From: Octopus sinensis
Taxonomy: Eukaryota
NCBI RefSeq assembly: GCF_006345805.1
Contig: NC_042999.1
Coordinates: 137,144,001 to 137,208,000, forward strand
Length of the DNA: 64,000 nt
Direction of reading: 5' to 3'
The notes under the pieces are model-generated. The model worked only from the letters and a program-made list of their open reading frames with translations, had not been told where the DNA came from and did not search any database. This document shows, piece by piece, positions 12,921 through 25,600 of the stretch; the stretch's first letter is position 1, and every line of letters starts with the position of its first letter. The translations under genes were made by a program, and so were the position numbers.

Positions 12921-14439
12921 TTATTTTACACAGGTACAATCATCTAGTCTGGGCCATGCTGCTGTACTATGCTGTGAATCATTTGGTTTTAGGCTGCACA
13001 GAAACAAATTTAAAAATTTCTTTTTATTTTATTGACTATCACAGTCTGCAAGGTGTTTTTGCATTATATATATATTGTATATATAATAATTAAATTATAT
13101 ATTATTCACTTTATTATGAATGTAATCCCTTGGTTTGTGGAAAAATTCTTGAATGAAACCAGTCCATGGTGCAAAAAAGTTTGAGGACCACAGATCAGGG
13201 TGAATGAATGTATTGACTCTAGCACCTGACTAATACTTATTTCCCCAAGAGATAAAATAAGTTAACTTAGTGGATTTTAAACTCCTGGTGTAAAGGGACA
13301 TAGCTTAATATCACAATGTGTTTAAACCATCATTCTACTGTTCACTACTCTACTGATCTTACCACTCTCAAAAACATAAACCACATTGATTCTTGTTTTA
13401 TGTAACAGCATTGATGACAACAGAATGAATTTCATGGTTAAATAAACTCTTCTAGCTGCTGCTTTATCTCTGTCTGTTACAGAAATCTTAGAAGATAAAT
13501 CAAAGCAACCTCAGAAATGCATGTTCTTGTAGAAATTATCTAATCAGCAGAAATATAAGAGGCAAAAGCATGAAACAACAACATCATTATGTCAAAATAA
13601 ATTCACTAATTTCTGACCTGTTCTTCATTATAATCTTAGAAAGTACAAGATTTCATTTCTAGTGTTACTTGGAGGTGGAGGTGGGGTTTAAAAAATGTCT
13701 TATATACTATGTATAGAAAGTTATGTCTACCTCTGCATGTTTCTCTCTCTCTCTCATCTCCCCCTCTACCCCTCCCTCTGCTCTCTTCATACAAGCTCTT
13801 AGGGAACCTGTCAGATAGTGGTCTGTAGATGTAAATCAAAGGACCAGCTTTGTTATGCAGTCACACTAACTCTCCTTGAGAATTATGTTAAGGGTACATG
13901 TCTGTGGAATACTCAGCCACTTAAACGTTCACTCTCGGTGAATAGGCAATTCCATTGAATGAACAATTGGAAGACTCATCGATGAAACAGATGGAGGTCT
14001 ATTTTACAAGTGTGTGTGTGTGTGTATGTGTGAGATACTTTTGTAGCTTTTTTTTGTCCTACATTGTTATCATTTTTTCCTTCACTCATTTCCTTCCTTT
14101 TCTATTTCTCTCTCTCACTATGTGTGTGTGTGATACACACATACACACACATACATGCACACAGAAAATCACCATCTCTATATTCTTTGTTCTTTCTCTC
14201 TCTCTCAATCATTTTTTTCTTATCAGATTTAATGGCTTCAATAATGAAAAAAAAAATGTGTGAAACTAAGTCTAAACTATAACTTTTCAATGTAGAACTG
14301 TAATGAATTTATTCTCTCACAGCATGTGCCATTTTGTTAATCTATGTGAAACATACTTTTAGGTTAAATGTCTAAAATAAAATGTTAATAACATTTTTCA
14401 GACATCAGCTTTAGAGATGATTTTTAAGCATGTACTTAT

Positions 14440-14690
14440 TCTATTGTCTCTTTTGCCAAACTTCTAAGTTACAGGTCATAAGCCCACCAACACCAGTTGT
14501 CAAATGGTAGTGAGACACACATGCATGCAAGCATGCACATGTGCAACAGGTTTCTTTCAGTTTCCATCTACCAAATCCACTCACAAGATTTTGATCAACC
14601 CGGGAGTGTAATAGAAGACACTTGCCCAAGGTGTCACACAGTAGGACTGAACCTGGAACCATGAAGTTAGGAAGCAAACTTCTTATCAAA
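14440..14690 (-). mobile_element. Family B (CORE-like) SINE
   Basis: ttctttcagtttccatctaccaaatccactcacaag...agaagacacttgcccaaggtg...ggactgaacctggaaccatg. Confidence 0.85.
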
Positions 14691-15479
14691 GGTTCCTAGT
14701 TAGAATTCAGCCTGGTACTGTGTACACATTTAATAATAAAACAGCTGATGATGATCAGTGATCAAACTGATTGAAATGGCGTAGATACTGTAAATGTTGA
14801 AATGGAGATGCAAATATGAGGTTAATTATAATCTTGTACTTCCATCCTATCACATCTTTGTATGGGTGATGGGAATGTCTCTTGATGAAAATTAGCTGAT
14901 TGTATTTTGGGTTAAATCTCTGTACAAATGAATAAAATATGTTTCGCTCTTTGTCACTCAAACATTTCAAACTGGCCGCTAAAACTCTGAGTAGTAGCAG
15001 TCAAATCTTCAAATAACACCCAAATTTTTTTTTGGGGGGGGGGGGGGGAGACCCCTTGGGCAATGAAGTGCCTGACAGGATTGTCACAGCTGGTCATCTT
15101 TTAGTCATAAACCTGCTTGTTCTGAGATAACCTGGGGCTAAACAACAGCTGTCAATACATTATTCATTCAATGAAGGATGTTCAGCATTGTTCCAATAAT
15201 GATTTCTTACATTGACGTGAGGTCAGAAATGTTATACATGAAAGCTACAGTCAATATAATTGATACTAGTACATAACTACTGCTTATCTTATTGATTCTG
15301 ATAGGATATAAAGGAAAGTTGGCTCTGGCTGGATTATTATAGCTCATAATCCAAGGAAGGATTATAGGTCATAATGTAAAGAAGCAAAAACATTTCTGTC
15401 AGTCTGTCACTCTAGTAATGTTCCAATATTTTTAGCAGATCCCTTTGACATAGATATATTATCATCATTATTATTATTA

Positions 15480-15610
15480 TTAGGAATGAGAACCCAGGTT
15501 CGAAATTTCCCCAAGACACCTGATGAAGGCTGGAGGGCATATCAGCCGAAATGTTGTGTTAACAAAGATAAGGACAAATATCCGTCAAATGCAAATAATG
15601 TAAATAATTT
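15480..15610 (+). mobile_element. Penelope-like element 3' terminal fragment lying within a family A SINE
   Basis: cctgatgaaggctggagggcatatcagccgaaatgttgtg matches the typical PLE terminal motif CCTGA(T/A)GA..G...CCGAAA. SINE A sequence resumes at about 15611. Confidence 0.5.
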
Positions 15611-15999
15611 ACCTTCTGAGTTCAAATTTCATCAAGGTTGATTTTGCTTTACATCTTTTTGGGGTTGTAAAATAAATATCAGTCAAGTACTGGGGTCAAT
15701 ATAATCGATTAGCTCCCTCCTTTCAGGCCTTGTATCTATAATAGAATTATTATTACATCCCTCCTTTCCTTCACACTCCTTTTTCCCACTCACTTTCTTC
15801 TCTTTCTGCTTTCTGACTTTCCCCCGCCTTTTTTGCTCTTGTATTCTTTTCTCTTTCTTTGTTTTGCTTAATTACTCTTACATCCCTCACTAAGCTAGCC
15901 AGATTGTTGTGCTGAGCTCAAATCTTTCTAACAAAATACTCTTAAAGACATCTTCCAGAAGTTCTTGGTATAACAGTACTACAAAGGTATTACTTGTTT

Positions 16000-16460
16000 G
16001 AGACTAGCTCTGTAGTCATGAGAAAGCCAACAGCCAAATCAAACTGAGACACCTTCGTGCTATTTTATTTGTGCATTGTGGGCTTGTGTTGAAAGCTGCT
16101 GTCACATGTAAAAAAGAATCCAGATCTCAGTCAAGTTTGTGAAAAAATCAATCTACAGGAAAGAGTAACCAGTCTTTCACTGTCTGGTGGCTTTAATGAA
16201 AGTTGTCTGGTGGTCTTGCCTAAAAGGTTTGATAGGACATTTTCTTCTGTGCCCAAGTTCTCATCAGCTTCATGTACCACTCCAAGAGCAAGGTAAAGAT
16301 GGAGAGGGAGGTGCTGCTTTCTAGTTTATTTATAACGAAAGGTTAGTGAGAATGGCAGGAGTGATGAGTCTAAATGGACCAAACTTAAGCATGCTTTCCT
16401 AAGCAGGAGGAAGGAAACTGAGAAAGGGCACTTTTTGATGCCTTGGAAAAACCTCGTCAA
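16000..16460 (+). mobile_element. L1/Tx1-type LINE ORF2 3' end remnant
   Basis: Degenerate KMEREVLLSS.F...W......NGPNLSM-like terminus followed by a purine-rich 3' UTR. Confidence 0.45.
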
Positions 16461-16479
16461 ATTACTTCAGCCTGAACTA

Positions 16480-17160
16480 TATTGCCACATTGTATACCTT
16501 GTTATATTTTTCTCTAACTCGTGTTTTGAATTCAAATCCAGGTAAAGTCAACTTTGTCTTTCATGCTCCTAGGGTTGATAAAAATGTCGGTCAAGCATTG
16601 ACATTTTTTCTGCTTAGAATATTGCCTGTGACAGAGAAATTGGTTAGCAGCATTTCACTTCGTCCTTTGTGCTGAGTTCAAATGCTGCTGAGGTCAACTT
16701 TGCCTTTCATCCATTTGGAGTTGTGAAAATAAAGTACTGATCAAGTATTGGAGTTAATTTCCCCTCAAATAGCTGCCCTTGTGCCAAAATTACAAAGAAT
16801 TATTAATGTGTAAAGCAACAGAATTGTTAGAGCATCAGAAAAATGCTCTGCAGTATTTGTCCAGGCTTTTTATATTTTAAGTTCAGATTCCACCAAGATA
16901 AACTTTGCCTTTTATCCTTTTGGGGGCCAATAAAGTTCCAGTCAAAACTGGGATCTATTTAATTATTCAAGCCTTGTCCTTAATTCTTGATCTTGTGTCT
17001 ATACTGGAAACTCTTAAGGATGGTTGATGGCTGAACAATAAAGGGACATTATTAAAAACTGCAACATATTTAGTTGGGTTCAAATTCAGCAATGATTGAT
17101 TGTACCTTTCATTCTTCCGTGGTCAATAAAATAAGTACCAGTCACTATCACACTTTTAAA
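16480..17160 (+). mobile_element. Cluster of about 4 co-oriented family A SINE copies or fragments
   Basis: The motif ...gagttcaaat...ggtcaactttg.ctttcat.c...ggg.t.gataaaataagtac recurs near 16530, 16670, 16880 and 17080. Confidence 0.75.
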
Positions 17161-18734
17161 CATCTTTTGTTTGACATCTTAATTTCTATTTGTCCTAAAC
17201 ATAGTGAATATTGTTATTGTTTAGCTCCATGCCAACTCCAATGATGCAGTCCTATAATTAAAAGTATTCCAAATATGACCATCCTGTTTTTTTAATTCAT
17301 TTTATGGTATATTTAGAACTACATTATCTTGCCTTTTAAAAAGTGGAATTTGTGAAAAATTTAGCTATTTTAAACAAGATGTGTTACTCCAGAGAGGCTC
17401 CCATATTGGCCGGTATTGATGTTGTTGTTTAGCCCCAGGCAGATTTATGATCAAAGGTGTTCCATGCAGTGTATCTGGTGTTGACAATATATGAGAATAT
17501 TGATGAAAACCATTCAGTAAAAGTTAGTCTTTGAGAAATTAAATTTAAAAGCTCCTTTCAAGTTCCATTGAGAATTATTTAACTTCCCTTATATTTCTAA
17601 TGCCTTTTGGAGTGTCACAGTATCTATCCAAGGCTTTCTTATTTAGATAAAGAAAGCAACAGGTGGTGGTACTGATGACTATGATGATGAGAGGGAGCTT
17701 CTGTGTGTTTTTTTTCTCAGATACTTTGATTGACAAGACATATAGCAAGTCACATTCAGAAAGAGATGTGTATTACAGTGCTTTGTAGTCAAAACAGCAG
17801 GTTATCATCAACACAAAAGCTTAGATTTTTAATATCATTAAGTAGGTAGCAACTGTTGGTCACCACAACAGTATGTATTGATCCTGAATATAATTCTACA
17901 CATTCACCAAACACATAGATTAAAGTGCATCAGGAACAAATCACCTGTTACAAGCAGGAGCAATTGTTACTGTTTAACTTCTTGTGCTTCATTTGAGAGG
18001 AAGCTTGTTAAATGGTTTCATTAAAAGAATTGCTATAAAACGATTGTGAGAAACTACAAATGATTGCTGACACTACTACTGTTTATCATTTTAATTGTAT
18101 TTTTTTTTTTTTTGAGAATTCTCTGTTTTGCATTTAAATTTATTTCTCTCTTTATCACTTTCTCTCTTGTATGCTTTTTTTTTTCTTTAGTATTATATAT
18201 TGATTTACTGTCACAATTTTTGTAAAATGATCTATTTTTGATTTCCTTTACCTAGATTCTACACCACTGCATTCTGCCATTCTTACTTTTATATACATTT
18301 CCTTTTTTACTTTTTACTATTCCTTAACTTATGCAATTGCGCAAGGGTATAGCAGATTTCATTATGTACTTAGGTGCCAGAATGCTACAATTTACCATTG
18401 TTAGTGTTTCTTACACACTCACAGCTTTTCAGTGGATTCTTTCTGGTATTTTAGCATCATTGGTAAATACCAAAATGACATTTAGAATAGAACCTTTTTT
18501 AAATTTTTTCACTAGTTGGAGCTAATATTTTATAAATTACATTAAAAGAAACCACAACAAAATGGGGTGTATTATTTTGTCTTATTTAATAGTTGCATAA
18601 ACATTTTGTTACACAGTGAGCTGGCAGAATCATTAGTTCATTAAACCAAACACTTAGCACCATTTTTCTAGTTCTTTGCCATCTAAGTTTAAATTCTGCC
18701 ACAGTCAACATTGTTTAACATTCTTTTATTCTTG

Positions 18735-19082
18735 TTTGACATTTGACTGTGGCCATGTTGGAGCATTGCCTTAAATGAGTTTTAGTCAAATATTCTTTGT
18801 TAGCTTAGTACTTATTCTATCATTCTCTTTTAGCCAAACTGCTAAGTTACAGGAAATAAACATACCAATATCGGTTGTCAAGTGATGGTTGGGGTACAAA
18901 CAGACATAAAAACACATGTACACACAATAGGCTTCTTTCAGTTTCTGTCTACCAAATACACTCAAGGCTTTGGTCAGTGTGAGTCTATAGTAGAAGACAC
19001 TTGCCCAAGGTGCCACACAGTGGGTCTAAACCTGGAACCATGTGGTTGAGAAGCAATCTTCTTACCACACAGCCATGCTTGT
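18735..19082 (-). mobile_element. Family B (CORE-like) SINE
   Basis: Same body as 8110-8510: catttgactgtggccatg...cttgcccaaggtgccacacagtggg.ct.aacctggaaccatgtggtt...ttaccacacagccatg. Confidence 0.85.
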
Positions 19083-19189
19083 GCTTTTTATTTTTTTGTT
19101 TTTTTAGGGTGAGGGTACGTAGTTGGTGTAATCCACTTGATGCCTCTTAAAATTGCTGGCTTGTGCAAAAATTACAAAGAATTATTATA

Positions 19190-19410
19190 AATGTGGTAAG
19201 CTGGCAGAATTGGTATCATGCCAGATAAAATGCTGCTAAGCATTTCATCTGTTTTTACATTCTAAGTTCAAATTTCACCAAGGTTGACTTTGCTTTCCAT
19301 CCTTTCAATAAAATAAGCACCAGCTGACCACTAAGATTGACATAATTGACCAGTCTCCTCCCCCAAAATTTCAGGCCTTGTTCCTATAGTAGAAGGGATT
19401 ATTATTAATA
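19190..19410 (+). mobile_element. Family A SINE
   Basis: ggtaagctggcagaattgg...ttctaagttcaaatttcaccaaggttgactttgctttccatcc...atagtagaagggattattatt. Confidence 0.8.
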
Positions 19411-19613
19411 TACATCCAATCCATGCCAGTACAGAAAATGGATGTTAAAAGATGATGAAGAGCTTAGTCATAGGAGGGCAGTGTTTAGGATCTTTCTCAG
19501 GTCATCCATGACTGGTGAAAGTTCTCAGACTGGAGACCTAAGCCAAATGTTTGGAAAAACATGGACTTTGCTGAAAGCAATAAAGGGCCATGTAGGGCTG
19601 TTTATCCACTGAC

Positions 19614-19624
19614 ACACGCACACA

Positions 19625-19696
<72 letters not shown>

Positions 19697-19700
19697 CACA
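19614..19700. repeat. Long (CA)n microsatellite
   Basis: Direct reading. Confidence 0.95.
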
Positions 19701-21269
19701 CAGTCAACCTTGATAAAGTAGACCTTATGATCAGCCACTCTAGATATTACAATCTTGGGTTGTTTTTTTGTTTCTTTTTCATTTTTCTGATATAGTATAT
19801 CCAGAAATACATTATCAAAGATGGCCTGCCTTCTTTTTATAATTTTTAAAAAAGTAATATAACTTAGCTGCATTTTGTCTGTCCTTACATTCTGAACTTA
19901 AGTTCCACCGCTGTTCACTTTGCCTTTCATTCTTTTGGAGTTGAGTTGATAAAATAAGTACCAGGAACATTATGCCTGACATAAATAGGATGGGATGGGA
20001 TGGTCTTGGTTGGAATGCTTTTGGGCAAAGGTCTGCCCAATCAAAGGTGATTTGTGGCTAAGCAGTAATTATTCTTGTGTTCAGTTACCAGAGTCTCTGT
20101 TGTAAAAATTGTTAGAAATTACACCAATGACTGCTTGTATCCCATTTTTCTATCTTAAAGAAAGTACACATTAAATAAAAGTAGTTCTACATGTACTTTG
20201 GTTGAAAATAGATGAGATGGTTGCAACAGGAGTGCTTTTGATTGTAGGTTTGCTGTAACAGGCTGACCTGGGACTAAAAAATTATCACCATTAATTTTTG
20301 TATAATGGATTCTAACTTATGGTTTCATCTTTATTGATTTTGAATTTTTAAGTGTACATTGGTATTTTGAGAAGTATTTTACACCATATTGAGCATTTGC
20401 TCTTTTGGGTGTCTTCAGATAAAGAACTGTGATTATTAAATGCTTTTCAAAATGAGATGAACTTAGTGGAGAGTAAACTTTTAAACTACTGGCATTAACA
20501 ATATACCCTTATTAGTTTCTCTTAGAAAATATTATCAACCTTCTTCACTGTTTATTAAGTTATTTTTTGTTGCTTTTTTCATTTGTTGGATACCACAGAA
20601 ATTATATCCAGCAAGCCTCGCCTTGAAGAATGTGAAAATGTCATTTTACTGAAAAGTATGGAATTAAGGTTATTGCTTTAGATTGTAACTTTATCCAACA
20701 GATTCTACTTAACAACTCATAATGCTATTTCACTGTAATATGAATTAAGATTTTGCTTGTCTGTTGCCTTTGGAATGTCTAATGCTTAATCTGATAGACT
20801 TAAATGTCAGGTCATCTGTTTTAGCATTAAATGAAAACCCTTATGTCCTTAATTGGACCCTTGCTCCTTTTGAACCATTTAATGAGTGTTCTTAATGCTG
20901 TAAATTATCCAGCTATTCATTGTTGTTTAAGGTAAAAGGGTACCCTCTGTTTTGCATATTATTTCAGTAAAATGTACTACAGATACTTAAAACAAATGAG
21001 TTGGTGCCATTTTATATTTGTGCTTGTTTTTTGTTAAGTTTATAAAAGTCTGTTAAATTGTGGTTAGAATTGCTCTTATTTCTGTGAGTTTACTTTGATA
21101 TATGATTATAGTTTTGAGTTTAGAATATTCTGTCCTATATTAAGCAAGATATTTCTAGTTACTTATTACCCTCATCATAAAATGGATTTTTCATACATCT
21201 GTCAAACCTACAATACAGGAACCGAACTCTCTGAATAATTCTTTGCTGTCTTAATATAGAGACCAAGGG

Positions 21270-21482
21270 TGGCAAGCTGGCAGAATCATTAGCTTGCTGG
21301 GTGAAATGCTTAGTGGTATTTTGTCTGCCATTACATTCTGAGTTCAAATTCCGCCGAGGTTGACTTTGCCCTTCATCCTTTTGGAGTTGCTTACGCACTG
21401 GGGTCGATGTAATTGACTTTATCCCTTTGTCTGTCCTTGTTTATCCCCTCTGTGTTTAGCCCCCTGTGGGCAATAAAGAACT
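21270..21482 (+). mobile_element. Family A SINE, relatively young
   Basis: ggtggcaagctggcagaatcattagc...ttctgagttcaaattccgccgaggttgactttgcccttcatcc...gggcaataaagaa. Confidence 0.9.
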
Positions 21483-21814
21483 AAATATAGAGACCAAGTG
21501 TTTAAATCTGAAGTTGTATTTATTTTTAAAGAAATGCTGAATGCCTGCAAGAAAAAGTTTAAAAAAACTTCATTAACTGCCATTCATATCCTTCTTACAA
21601 CCATCTCCTTTCCTCAGAAAAGAGTCATGACTAAAATTTCAGAATTTACCCCTTATGAAATACACTTATTTATAAACTCTATTGTTTGTTATTTTTGTTG
21701 TTGATGCCAGGACATCCTTCAACACTTTTCCTCTTCTATATGTACTTTCTTATTGATTGAGGTTAATAATAATAATATATATATTATTAAGTTTCGATTT
21801 GGGAGCAAATATTT

Positions 21815-22075
21815 AAGAAAAAGTGGAAGTGGATTGGTAGCACAATTAGGAAAGACACACCAAATGTAGCAAAAAGTGCTTTGTAGTGGAAACTGGATGG
21901 ATATAGAAAGAAAGGTAGGCCTAAGAACTCGTGGCGTAGATCAACACAAAATGAACTTGAGAAAGGGGGACATTCATGGGAGAGTATAAGTACAGAAGTG
22001 AAAAATTATGCGACATGGAATTCAGTTATAAGTGGCCTATACTCCACGTTGGAGGGTTAAAAGCAGAAAAAAAAA
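21815..22075 (+). mobile_element. RTE-clade LINE 3' end with A-rich tail
   Basis: KWKWIGSTIRKDTPNVAKSAL*WKLDGYRKKGRPKNSWRRS...WNSVISGLYSTLEG*, then aagcagaaaaaaaaag and (TA)n. Confidence 0.85.
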
Positions 22076-22076
22076 A

Positions 22077-22078
<2 letters not shown>

Positions 22079-22120
<42 letters not shown>
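22079..22120. repeat. (TA)n microsatellite
   Basis: Direct reading. Confidence 0.95.
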
Positions 22121-22122
<2 letters not shown>

Positions 22123-22600
22123 TAGCTGGTGTACCCGGGAATTCCCGGGGGTAAAGATGTTCTATTGAAACGCCTTATTACTCTGATATAAGAAAGCAGA
22201 CTTGTGCAACATTAAATATTTAACTTGGCAGTTTGGAACTTAATTTGATATTTATCATTTTTGAATGAAATTAATTCATCCAGTTGAGGTAAATGTCATA
22301 ATTTGATAAACATTGTTTTAATCCAACACATTACTCTAGTTGTTACAAGTTATTTTCTTATTGGTAAATGTTGTTGAGTTGGTGGCTATCTCTTGTGCAA
22401 AACAGTAACAGTGAAGTAGCCTTTCAAATATCTAAATAACCCAGAGGTTTTGTCCAAATTTATTGGTGGTTAGCTACAAGTTATGACCAACAATAGATCT
22501 ATGATCGAAGGCATTAGTTATGATCATACTTTTTGTGTATCACAAAATCATGAGAATCACACATTACAACCCATCATGCAGTGATTCTATATTAGAATAC
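22121..22600 (+). mobile_element. Helitron/Helentron-like non-autonomous element; right boundary uncertain
   Basis: Begins ACTAG directly after (TA)n and is followed by the perfect palindrome CCCGGGAATTCCCGGG, resembling HINE/DINE-1-type termini. Confidence 0.4.
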
Positions 22601-25600
22601 TATTATGCTTTCTTTTTATATATTTTTCTAAAATTCTCATAGTATCCATTCTAGAGAGGCAGAATAGATTGTTATTTCAAACATTCAAGCGAAATTCTAT
22701 AGTCACTCCCTGTATCCAGTTTAGCAATCTTATCTCCTTAAAAGAATCTTTGCAACAATAAAAAATGAGAACCATACCCTATTTTTTTATGATGGGGAAG
22801 AAGGGAAAGAGTACTCATAATTAGGTTAATAATTGTCACATTTGTAAAGCATTAAGGTTAAAGATTATGCATTGCAGCTCTGTAAAAATATTCTACTCTT
22901 GTAAATTTGAAATAAATCATCTGAAAAAGAATTCACATTCAATTAATACAATCTTAATTTTTTAATATGATTATGAATAACTTTACATTAGTTTGAAATC
23001 CAAATTTTTTAATTTATATTAATTAATGAGTTCTAAATGAATATTATGTATGTCAACTCATGAATTTTTAAAGTTTGGTAATTATTACTTGGTAATTATT
23101 CTGAATGTCTTGATTTGAAAAATAAATTCTAATTATTTCTTTCTATATAATTTCTTATGCTGAATTTATATAATCATTATCATATCAATGAGGAGGTAAA
23201 GACTGTTGGTCAAGAGGTCAACTTGTTGTAGTGAAAGTCCAATGTCTAATTTTCATTTCTGACAAAAGTCAGCTTGAAACATACTCAGGGGTGGAAAAAA
23301 TATGGAAAACTAGAAGTGCAGGCATTATCTTTCTGACAAAATTATCAGCTCTAGCAACATGTGCTCTATACCCCTTAACCACTGAGACATCTTATTAGAA
23401 CTGAAATGATCTAGTCAACCCTTACCAATCAGACCTAATGATTAAAGGCATTCCAGTCATAACCATTTCTGTGGGGGTTTTTTTCATCCAGGTATGACAT
23501 ATCTAAGACTGCAGTATCTAAAGTATTCTTTTTAAGATTGTTGGGTGTAGTTTGAAGGCAGTCTGCTTGCTCTTTCCAACAGGCCAAATGACAATGTTGA
23601 TGCTTCCTCAATAGGTCTTCATTATTAGAAATATTATTAGTGTTTTACATTAGAAATAATCTCTCAACAAGTATATAAGTTTTTGATTCATGGTTGGTGT
23701 CATTTGAAGTGGATAAAGCATGAGAATATTACAGCTTTCTGTTTTTGCTTCTCATGTAAAACCTATTTCATGGTTGTAACTCAAGTGTATGTTGTTGCTA
23801 TGAATATTAATACAAGATCTTAAATACATAGAAAAAATTTTGGTTGTTCAATAATCTAATTGAAACACTACCATGTATGCTTTTAAGCAATCTTAGCAAC
23901 TCATCATAGTGAACCAGAATATCATGTTGTTGATGAAAAGCTTTGTTGATATTTACCATCTATTTCTAATTAGCCCTCAACTATTTTACAAGCTTTTTTT
24001 TTATATCTTGGATTGAATGATTATGCAAATGTCAACATTTGCAAAATAGTCTGAACAAACAATTTTATGCTTACTGAAATAGTGCATCACTAGTTTCTTT
24101 AGATACCCCTATGTTGGCAATTAGTAAATAGAAAGTTCACAAAGCAGAATACATTGTTTGTCTGTCCTACAGCAAACTAATGTTTTAGGTAGACCTCCTT
24201 CTTCAGAGAAAGGTAATTGTAGCTGTTACTCCTTTATGTGAAAGTAGAACCTTTTGTTAACCATACAAACTTATACAAGTAAGCAAGAAGTTGGAGAATT
24301 GCTACAGCTGTAGCAAACAAATTACTTTGGTGATTTACAAATCCAAAGGATACATCTAAATAGCACAGTAAGTTTTACCTTACATCTTTATGGTGTTAAA
24401 ATAATACCAGTCAAGTACAGGGGTCACTATAATTGGATATGCTCTCCTTCCACTGTTTTTAATTTTATTTCTGGCAGAATCATTTGTGCATCTGACAAAA
24501 TGCCTAACAGTATGTTTTGGCTTTTAATGTTCTGAGTTCAAATTCAATTGAAGTCACCTTTGGCTTTCATCTTTCTGGAGTTCAATAAAATAGAATACCA
24601 GTCAAGTACTAGGGTCAGTATAATTAACTGTTCCTTCCCCTCAAATCTGAGACCTTGTGTGTATGTAAGAACTTATTATAGGATGGAAGAATTAGATGAG
24701 ACTGTACAATACTGGAGGAAATGCATTTCAGTATTTAATTAATCTCTTTGAAGAGATAAAATGCAAAGCTGACCATGATAATTTACAGATAATTCAGTCT
24801 ATAAAAATAATTGTACAAATGTGGTTAGGTGATATAGTGGTGGCTGTCACAAGATTAGAACTCATGACCTTGTATCCAGTTGTTTTGTATTTTAATCTCA
24901 CAAGTCTATTCTGCTTCATACAAGTAGTCTGTAAAAACCTAGTGGTATATCAGTTGGTAACAAGATGAAACAATCTGTACAATTGACATGTTCTATCATA
25001 TTTAGAATTAAAAATACTAAAGAAAGATATATCTGAAACAGTTTTTGAAAATGTCTAAAGCCTAGCTGGCTCTAAATCTAACAAAATGGTGGTAGTGGTG
25101 ATGGGAGGGTATCTTAGCTCATATCTGTATCATTTTAATCTCAACTGATTAGTATTAACTCTTTTATGGAGAGAAGTAAGATGAATTATTTTAGGATTAA
25201 AAAATATAACTAGATTTTTTAAATGTCATTTTCAGGAGATTATTAAATATTCTTGGTATTTTCCTATTTTTATTAAATTCTTTTACATTTATCAATTTAA
25301 ACTAGGTTGAGAAGTAGTTGTCAGAAGTAGAAATTGAGTTTTTGTAGTTGGCATTTGAAATAATGAAACTGATTTAGTATGTAATTTTGTTAGTGTCCAG
25401 TTTATCTTTTCAACATGTAATACTTTTTTACATTTACTCAACATTTATCCTAACCTTGTAAAATATGTTGCTGAATAAAGCTTCTGTAATAATTATCTGC
25501 TAGAAAGTGCATTAGGAGAGAGTGAGTGATTTGTTGATGTTAATGCCTTTCTTGAATATTAAAATAAATAAAGTGAAATAGTTGCAATAAATTAACACCA

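Noticed and set aside
13955-14290. Cluster of ORF-track calls rich in VC/HT/SL/ER repeats (also about 19525-19873, 38678-39255 and 52675-52929)
   Set aside because: These are translations of (TG)n, (CA)n and (CT)n microsatellites and low-complexity DNA.
15035-15049. Poly-G run as a possible G-quadruplex
   Set aside because: An isolated homopolymer next to poly-T at a repeat boundary, with no functional context.
20340-20500. Protein-like frame LRSILHHIEHLLFWVSSDKEL*LLNAFQNEMNLVESKLLNYWH*
   Set aside because: It has an internal stop, no splice signals and no recognisable homology, so a pseudogene call cannot be supported.
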